Assembly: GCF_009914755.1 (NCBI RefSeq)
Contig: NC_060929.1
Source: the human T2T-CHM13v2.0 reference genome, Homo sapiens
DNA: 64,000 bases
Direction: 5' to 3' (one strand)
Shown here: piece after piece, positions 54,903-64,000 of the stretch
Numbering within the stretch: the first letter of the stretch is position 1
Layout: each line of letters starts with the position of its first letter
Made by a program: the position numbers and the translations under genes
Notes under the pieces: model-generated
What the model was told of the DNA's origin: nothing
Database searches by the model: none
The model's input: only the letters and a program-made list of their open reading frames with translations

Positions 54903-57837
54903 TGTTTGTCACTTTAAGGAGAAATGTAACCCATGATACAGAGATCTCTCCATACTAGATGCAATTAAACCTATTAAATATTAAATGAGGAGATTGAGAA
55001 TTTCAAGTGATTTTCATCCTTTATTCCAAAGTGACTTCATTTGGCAAGAATGCCCTTTGCTTTGACAGCATTAATGGCTCTCGCAGAAAAGAAGAAAAGG
55101 AAAAATTCACAGGCACTATTTGGAAATGTAGCTCCAATGTCCATCTACATTAAGGCAGTGTTAGCTTAGTGGTGAATATCTAGATGTACCTAAACTTAGC
55201 AAAATAGTGTCTAAGTTCCAATTTATGCCATTTGCTAATTATAGACTAAGCCCAAATTATATTCTCTTCCTATTTTGCAGCTTTCTTATTTTATTCTGAA
55301 TTAGCAAAATTTTTCAACAATCAATGGACATAGCACCTGAGCAAGGGAAGGACAAAAATGCTGGTGCAACAACTGTAATCCAAAACATTCCAGGGCAAGC
55401 GCTTTTGGATTCCTGAGTTTGTCTGTCGGAGATCTGGAACTGTGTGCAGGTTCATTACACGGGGTTATTTGACAATTTAGCAGTAAGAAATCTTGACATT
55501 TTGATGTACCTGTAACTTCTAAATTGCACTTGAAAGACTTGTTGAAGGCTTTTTGATTTAATGACACACAACATAGCATTGTTTCATAATATGCAAAAAT
55601 TGTTTGTTAACTACACTGCAGCTCAGAATTTTATAACTCAAGGTGTGACTACACTGTTTTCCACCTCATGTTTGATCTGCCAAATCCAAAATTAAAATGT
55701 ACAAAATATTAATCCTAGAGCAGCCAAAGGCAAATATTGTCATCAGTTCTTTGGGTTTCTTTCCCACCTCTTATTCTATGACTGTCAGTCACTCCATTGC
55801 AAAGCAATGGGGAAAAATTGTCATGGAGGGTAAGAGAATTTTCAAAATGAATTATTCATGGATCCAATTGTGATATTTGTTGCAACAATAGTACATTCAC
55901 GTGCCTCTGATTATACAATAAGTAAATAACTCTCTTCATCCTGACAAGGAGAACTTTTATGCACAAAATTATTTTTAGTCCAATTCTCCTTATTGTCCTG
56001 TTGTAAGAAAAGTTTGGGAAATGAAAGCCAAGGGGAAAAAAGGAAATGAAAATAACCTTCCAAAAATGGACACCCAATATTGTGAAAAGGGGAAACAATT
56101 TTCAGGTTAAAAAAATATGCAACTGCTTCTTCAAGGACTATTTAAGTCTTTATTCACAAGCAGTCTTCCTGGGCCTGGAAAATCATAAAGCCAAATATGA
56201 GCAAGTCTAGTGGAAAATCTGTGACGCTAATCTTGGCTGGAGTCGTATTTTTAACAGGCCTTGAATGTGTGTGCCGGATTATCCAGATGGCCATACAGGA
56301 ATCGGCCTGATAGGATTAAACCTTTATGCTGAACTCTGCTCCATCTGTTCGCCAAGGTTTGCCTTTCCTTATCTGAATATGAATTTTTAGCCTCCTTATG
56401 TCTGGAGGCAGGACCAAATTCAGCAATAAAAACATAGATGCGTGCAGATAATTTAGCATTTCATTAGTTACTCTCAGTTCATATTACCTTGGTCTTTTTC
56501 TAGGAAATGTTTTTGCTATGAATTTTGCTAAGAAGAAATTTTAAAACATGTAGAATCTACTTTTTTGTTAGAGGGTTTTGTCTTTCTCTTCCTATTGAAT
56601 TCTAGGAATCATTCAATTCACTATTGTAATAGGAGTTTACGTTGATGTTTGCCCACAAAGATAAAAAAGATATGGTATCCTCTTAGCAGAATTTGACTGT
56701 AAGATTAGATGATGTATAATTCCAATTGGATGAATGATCCAAGCAGAAGATAGTCACGTGTGTTTTCTTCTTTTTTTTTCTATTACAAGAGGATCGGTAA
56801 TAGTCATCACTTAACAAAATTAGCTACAACACTGTTTCTATCATTTTCATTAAGATTTCTATGTTTTAAGGAGGCATGTTTTTTTTTGCTGGGGCAGGGG
56901 TATGGGTGTGGGAGCAGAAGCTATAATTTGAGCTTAAACTGGAGTGAAAAAAGCAGACATCTGTTTTGTCCTCCATGTATATATCCCTAGAAGCAGTGAA
57001 GTCATTTATTGATCAACTGGAAAAGTTGGCTTATGGCAGGCAGGTTTCAGGAAAAAGGCCAGTGGGTTGCCATTAAGCCAGAGCTTGGTAGATGGCTCTG
57101 GGTTTCAACTCTATGACAAAGACAAATGGAGGGCTCTGACTACCAGGCACGGTGGAGAGGGCCAGTGACAAGTTTCCCAGGCAAACAAGGTGCGAACGAA
57201 AGAAAAAGTTGCATGAGAGAGGGATCTTTTAGAATCCTACTTGTGAGCTGGTTTATAGCAACATGATCATTAGATGTGCTCAGTGTGTTCACGATGGAAA
57301 TCTCAAGAGATGGCAGCCTGTGTGCCCTTGGCCCTAAGAAGAGAGGATCCCTCCAGCAGTCTAGCAGGATTCCACAGGCTTCCTTCTCACAGTACCCTCA
57401 CTCACCCTGGCTCTTGGCTCTATGCTGTCGTGAATGTGGGAGTCAAGCAGCTCATCAAATAATGTAGGCTTTTCCACTCACAAGTACAGTTATTATACTT
57501 AAGTAGTACCCTTAACTGAACATTTAGGGGACAGAGAACAGTCAGACTTCCTATTTAAGCTTAAGATGACTTACACTTATTGCTATGAATGTGCACATAA
57601 ACATTTTGTAAAACACATGTCTTAGGCTCCTGAAATTGACAACAATTCTAGCCAGGTAGTGGTTCCCACTTTGGAAGTAGATGCCCCTAGGTGATGAAGC
57701 CTATTATAAGTCATCTCTTGTAAGATGGGCAAGTTCACACACACAACCCTACTGTCTATCTTCCACATTCTATCCTAAATGAGGACAGCTGACTGGATGT
57801 TTGATCCCATTACTCAATCTGCTTTTGCTTTGCCCAT

Positions 57838-58031
57838 TACAGTAGCCACTAGCTACACGCAGCTATTTACATTTAATTTTCAATTAATTAATATGAAATA
57901 CAAATTATTTCCTCAGTCATACCAGCCACATTTCAAGTAGTCAATAGTTATAGTGGCTAGTAGCTATCATATTGGACAGCACAGAGATAGGACACTTCCA
58001 TCATCACAGGAAGTTCAATTGGATACCGCTG
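57838..58031 (+). mobile_element. MER3-like hAT-Charlie relic
   Basis: 'gtagccactagctacacgcagctattta...agccacatttcaagtagtcaatag...gtggctagtagcta...ttggacagcacag...ttccatcatcacaggaagttcaattggataccgctg'. Confidence 0.78.
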
Positions 58032-58159
58032 ATCTCAGGATCAAGTTTTCATAACTCAGCCTATAACTGATAAAGACTAATCAGAGCTACAATATAGGGG
58101 GTGCCCTCCATAGACTAGGAACTGTGCTAGGAACAACGATTAATCTCCAATCCCTCCAA

Positions 58160-58510
58160 TGAGGAGCACAAAATCAAATGCTCACAGGGCTAGGCAGGAA
58201 GGTAAGTCAATGAAATGGGATGAGGAGATGCAATGGGATTGGTGGGGATTGTGGCTAAATGTAGAGTATGTGCTTCATCCAAAAGGAAGATGATTTCTGA
58301 GTTTTCCCTACCCGTTGCCATTTGAGAATGTGGATCCAGCACTACCAGCTCTTCTGATTATAAAAGACATTAGTAAATCCAGGTTTTCATATAATCTCTC
58401 TATCTTCAATTGCCAGCAACTAATACATAATTTCTGAAGGTGCCATGCAACCCAAACATAAATATGGCTGAAGGCTGGATTCAGTTCATGATCTACCACT
58501 GTGCAACTTA
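58160..58510 (+). mobile_element. MER102-like DNA transposon relic
   Basis: 'aaatcaaatgctcacagggctaggcagg...ggtggggattgtggc...gttgccatttgagaatgtgg...gcaactaat...ggctggattcag' follows the MER102 consensus from end to end. Confidence 0.72.
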
Positions 58511-59399
58511 TATAAATCCTCAGAGGGCTCAGAGTCATCTTTTACTGATTATTAATTTCTGCAATCATTGAACTAATACTGTCACTGACTTACCAAACAA
58601 TAAACATAATCATGGCCAATTCTGCTCCTGATCTTTACGTCTTCTCCCAAAACACACGGAAGTCCCCCAGTTGGCCTTTCTTTGCTATGCAGAAGATTTT
58701 CTATACGCAGTTTGAGAGATGAGCTCCTGTTCCTGAAGGATTTTTATTGTCATGCAAGACAGCATAGATAGTGACTTTTTAAGAAAACCATGTTTTGAAT
58801 GTGAGCAGCATTTTGAAACCAACCTTGCCCAACCTTTAATAATGCACAAGTCCTGCTTTGTGCTTTTCGGAATAGTTCTGCTTATATTTCTCTCCACAAC
58901 CGAGGCTGCCATTGCTAACATATTTCAGTGAACTTTCATTATTCAGAGCCTTATCATTTTGAGCCAGTTTCCTCTCCTCCCTGACACATTTAGTGACACT
59001 GCAATCCAGCGTTTGTTACAGCACAGATGTTTCCGTGGTGATGATCTGTGATGTCATAAGCACAGGAATATGTATCATTGACTTTGCCCACATAAGCCAT
59101 GCAAAGAATGGGAAGTCCACTTTCATCTCAACTCTATGATGTACTGACTCAACTTCCTCAAAAATTACTCTTTGGGGTCTGGGCTGTTCTGTCTGGACAT
59201 CAAAGAGCAAATACTCGCACTTGCCTGTTTGTGATTCATTTCTACTACATAATTATTAGTTATATGCAAAGTCCAGTCTACCTATCAAAACCCAGATTAA
59301 CCTTCCTCAAATACCAGCTTTCAAAACTTAGCCAGCGGGATCAAGTCCACCCTCATGAGTCTGGCCCATTCTCCCTTTCTAGCCTCATTTTCAGCCTCA

Positions 59400-59615
59400 G
59401 CAGCAGTTAAGAGCACCAGCTCTGGATTCAGGGGGCCTCAGCTAGCCCACATTTCAGCTTCACCATTTACCAGCTTGGGCAAATTACTTCACTTTTTGAA
59501 ATCCTCAGTTTCTACCACTTTAATTGAGGACAATAATTATAAGACAGCCCACCTCATAGGATTGTTGTAAGGTTTGAATGAGTTAATCTATGTGAAGAGT
59601 TCAGTACAGAGTGGG
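59400..59615 (+). mobile_element. MIR SINE
   Basis: 'gttaagagcaccagctctgga...ccatttaccagcttgggcaaattacttcac...cctcagtttc...acctcataggattgttgtaaggtttgaatgagttaat'. Confidence 0.78.
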
Positions 59616-59631
59616 CAAAAATTGTGAGATG

Positions 59632-59708
59632 ATGACGAAGAGGAGGAGGAAGAAGAGAAGTTGCTGTAGGAGAAGGAGAAGGAAAATAGGGAAGAAGAAA
59701 AGAAAGAT
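59632..59708 (+). repeat. GA-rich low-complexity tract
   Basis: gacgaagaggaggaggaagaagagaag...ggagaaggagaaggaaaatagggaagaagaaaagaaag. Confidence 0.8.
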
Positions 59709-62329
59709 GGTAATGACCAGCTTCCCAAATCCACTGTCTCCAAACATCCTTTGCATGTTCCCAGCATATTTTTTTATGAAAGATATACCACTTACTTCCA
59801 TCACCCAAACAGTTACTTGCCAAAAAGATCCATCTTTTGCATGAAGGTGTCTCTTTCTATCCCAGTCTACAAAACACTAACCCTTTAGTGAACTCTTCCT
59901 ATCTTTCCCATTTATTATTTACTGCACTTTTCCTTGAACTCATCTTGATATATGCATGTGTTTATAGCTGGGCATGTATATACATAGGCAAATCACCCCA
60001 ACTAGTCAACGCATCCCTTGCAGACAGGGACCTCATTCATTTACAAACTGGGTAGACAGTACTCTGCACTCAACCCATACCTGACAATTAACTAGCATTG
60101 TTAAGTTTTTAAAGGGTTTTACCATACATTATCTTAATTATTCTTTATATCAACCTTGAGCAGTAGGCAAACAGACCATGTTCCTCATTCCACTTTACAA
60201 ATGACATAGCTGAATCTCAGGGATTCAACTGGACTTGAGACTTTGAGAATCCATGTTGATTGATATAGTCAAATGTTTAAAACACCCAAACTACGCTTCA
60301 ACTTTGGTGTTTATCTGAAATTTCTGTTCAGTTTGGCTAAAATATTCACTTCAATCATACAAATACAGCCAAAGTCCCATAAAATCTTAAGTTGTGCAAT
60401 TTCTTATCCCCAAGATAGAGGGTGGATATTTATTAACTTTACAGAATATTACTACTCTATTTCCAAGTAAAGTTATTTTCCCCCTAAGACTCAGACCCAC
60501 ATATGAATTACAGTAAAATCTCTCTCCACCTTCTTCTATTTCCAAGTTCAGAAAATGGCATCCTAATATAATAGCACAGGTGCCAATTTAAATACAGGAA
60601 CATTGAAAATACTGCCAAACTTCCAGGCTTAGAAGCTTTTCTGTTGTTACATGTTGGGCTGCTAAACACACACTGAGTCTGAACATCTAACACAAACGAT
60701 AGCAACACTATGAGAAACATTTTTAAAGTATCAGGCAGTTCCTTTTAACTTTCATTTTTAATCTGGACATTGTCCATTCCAATGGTCTTCACTATAGAAT
60801 GTTGCACGTATCATGAAAATAATAACAATTTACTAACAAATAGACTATTCTAAAATAGTACCTTAATAACACTTTCCCCCAACTCTCTTTTTCTTTTAAA
60901 CAGCAAAGATTGGATTCCACAGGCCTTTAGCTAACCAAATCAAGGAGAGTTTCTAGGATTCTGCCAAAGTTGAAAGGTAGAGGAATATGAGGTTTGACTT
61001 TATAGATTTGTTGCACATAATAGTTACTGGAAAAGCACAGCTGGTTTGATGATTCCGCCAGAAGATTTTGGCAAAGAAAGACCAAAGATATATTTTCTTC
61101 CTCTATCAAGAAATGATCCAATACATTGGAACTGGCTGGGATATATCCCCCTCACCCACCAGCCCACGGATAATACACCCAACAGCATTTGCCTCAGGCC
61201 CAGCACATAGTAGGTGCTCAGTATCTGTTGGCTTCTCCAGCTATGTTCAAAAGAGAAACAGATAAAAAACAATGAAGAATTAAAGATCTCAATTTGTACC
61301 AACTACGTTCATTTTAATTATCATTCTTCTAAATAGTAGCCCAAGTACATTGCTCTCTGTTCATATTCAACATTTGCACTATCTTGAAATTTTTATTACT
61401 TTGCCCCAAGGACGATGAAAGAAACTGAAGGGTTGAGAAGAGGCCTCAAATCTGACACTGTCTGTGTCCCTGTTCCCTGGGTCCCCTGCTGCATTTCTCC
61501 CCAGAACTGTGGATGAAAAATGTGGGTTTGAACAACTGGTATCCTGCTGATTGCAACTGTCAATTAAATAAGCCAGCAACACAGGAGCATATGTTCGCAT
61601 ATAAAATATTGATTAATTTCACAGATTGGGATAAAAATATATTAGTACTTGGGTTCTGCTTTCATGCTTAGCGTTCAGATATGCACTCAGTCCATTCAGA
61701 TCTATTTCTGCACCCTGTGGGCTCAAGAGTGTTACTTTTGTGTTTCGCTTTTCTTATCTTTCTCTGGTTGCCCATGTTAGTGCTTCTGTTATAACTGACC
61801 AGCAGCATACGTTTAAGCAGGATTTTAATTACTAGGTCATCTCCCAGCCGACTTGCCCACGGCAGGCCGGCAGAAAAGCCACAATCCTGCAATCCATGCT
61901 TCAGATTTTCTCTTGTGTCCCTCCAGGTAAATCTCTTTTTTTTGAGGATGCTAAAATCATGCTGATGGCATCATATTCATCTGATAACAATGATGACCAC
62001 CTAATTTCTATAAAGTATCATTTCTGTCCACTGAGTATTTCAAGTTGCAGGGCTGGCACAGGGAGTTTGAGATGGGGTGCCTGATAGTGTGACGTGATAC
62101 CAGGACTTTTTATCTTAACCCAGAAAAGCACCTTCCCATATATCACTGCACATGCCAACTAACTTACCCTTGGGATTTAGCATAGATCTGGCTTTTCAAT
62201 TTGCCTTTGAGTAATGTCGTCAATTTGTTTCAATTGAAGCAAGTATTATATTACATGCTCAAATAGCAGGAGAATTTCTCTCCACGTCTGAAGTCCAATG
62301 TGGAGGGGAGGTTAGCACTGACTAAACAA

Positions 62330-62570
62330 TAAGAAAAAACAGTGGTGAGGACCCCTGTGTCAACTACTTGGAGATTCAAAAGCTGCAGATAAAAACCTAA
62401 CTTTGGCCACGACCAAATCCTTAAAGGATGGCCTCAGTTTCCCAAATGTGTTTAGTAAAACTAATAATACTAGTGCCCTCCCATGGCTGTTAAGAGCATT
62501 AAAAGAGATCATACAAAGTGCTCAGCACTGAACTTGATGCAGAGAAAGTACTTAACAACCGCTATCGTAA
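62330..62570 (+). mobile_element. MIR SINE
   Basis: 'gcctcagtttccc...taataatactagtgccctcccatggctgttaagagcattaaaagagatcatacaaagtgctcagcac'. Confidence 0.65.
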
Positions 62571-62859
62571 CAGTAAGGCCATGATCACCCAAAACACTGC
62601 TCTAAATGCTACCATTTTATGGACACTGAGTTCTGTTAGCTCATGATTAAGAAACTGCAATGGAACCACATCTCAAAGTCAAAGAGTAAACAACCTATGG
62701 AAATTTTCCAAGTTTAGTTTCTCAAAAATGGATCTCAGACCTAACCTACCTTCCCTATTTGCCCTCCCTACAGCTTCTAATGTTTTATCCCCACGTGGAA
62801 TTTTGAATATGTGTTCCCCTCTCCTGTTCATTCTCATTTAAAATTTTAAAAGTTTCCCT

Positions 62860-63150
62860 GATTCTTCAGACTTGGCTGAGTCCCCCAGTTCTAAGCTCTC
62901 TTAGGAGTCTGTATTTGTACCTTATAGCACTTAACCATCATTGCAGTTTAAATCATTCCGTGTGCCATTATTTGTCTAATATCGGCACATAAATACTTAC
63001 ACTCATGTGACAGTCTACGTCATAATGCTAACAACTGTCCCTGCCTTATCACCTCTGTAGCCCTATTGTCTGATATAATTGGCAGTCAGTCAATAAACAT
63101 GTGTTAGTGTTAAATAGATGAATGATTGAATGAATAAGCAAATGAACTAA
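62860..63150 (+). mobile_element. L2 3' relic
   Basis: 'tatagcacttaacc...tttgtct...cagtcaataaacatgtgttagtg...gatgaatgattgaatgaataa'. Confidence 0.62.
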
Positions 63151-64000
63151 AGAGGAATCACTGGTGTTATTAAGATGTTAAGGAACTAAACAGAGTAGCT
63201 GAAAAGTTAAGAATTCTTCCAAAAGTTATTAACAATTGCCACTACACCCACAATGGGCTTCTTAGGTTGACAACTGGTGGCTACGTGGAGTCCCATTTCC
63301 TGGGTCGACCTAGCCCCCATTTCAGCAGCAGGCACTCTATTCTCTTGGGGGTTAAAATTAGCACCAGTAAGCTCCCCCTTTAGTGGGCTCTAATCATGCA
63401 AGGACCCAGGTGGATCTTGCTGACAGATGTTAAGGTTAGAAGGAAGGGTAGCAGCCAGATGAGAAAACAGAGCCACCCCCTTCCGGAGGTACCAGGACTT
63501 CCTGCCTTTAGACCCGGTGGTTCCTGCCTGCCTGCCCCTCCCCCATGCATCAGTTTCAACACAGTTGCTGCTCTTTCTGTCATCTGAACTCAAATTCTAT
63601 CTCAGAAATTGATGGGCGATCCTGCCCTTGACAACACAATGTCAGCCTTGCTCAGTGTCCAGCTGGTTCCGTATGTATTATCATAATGCGCTGCCTGGGT
63701 GGACCCTGGCTGATTTTCTCTCCTGATGCAAGTCCTCTTTCCAAACTAATTTCTGCTCTCTGACATGCAGACCCTACTTGTTTAAAAATAAAAAAACAGC
63801 AGCTTGGGAGTTTTATTTTTTAAAATCCTGTTAGGATATTTAAGTCTATTCTAACAGTAAACTGAGCCTAAAGGACTTTCTTTTAAAAATGATTTGACTC
63901 AAAAAAAGAATGTTTCCCAGGGTCCTACACTGTTTCCTGGTGACTTGAAAGAATTATTACTTCCCCCAACCCTTACAGCCCTCTCTAACAGCATTTCCCA

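Overview
AT-rich, CpG-poor primate (most likely human) genomic DNA from inside the EBF1 gene, which is transcribed on the minus strand. Two coding exons are present: 47276-47406 (131 nt) and 28344-28470 (127 nt). Together they encode the IPT/TIG domain of the COE-family transcription factor EBF1, and they are separated by an 18,805-nt intron. The rest is intronic and contains four Alus, many MIR, L2 and L1ME relics, several hAT-type DNA transposon relics (MER20, MER102, MER3, MER5, Charlie-like), microsatellites, and repeat-free motif-rich blocks that look like regulatory elements. Repeat families were recognised by eye, so their boundaries and subfamilies are approximate. I found no new multi-gene system. 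The most unusual structures are: (i) a ~263-bp, ~98%-identical local duplication of non-repeat DNA, one copy of which interrupts an old L1 relic and has scar-like junctions; (ii) a CpG-retaining block at ~11.5-11.85 kb that could act as an in-frame alternative terminal exon truncating EBF1 before its HLH domain; (iii) a NAGNAG acceptor at the 131-nt exon. Apart from the one overlapping the 127-nt exon, none of the supplied ORFs look like real standalone genes.
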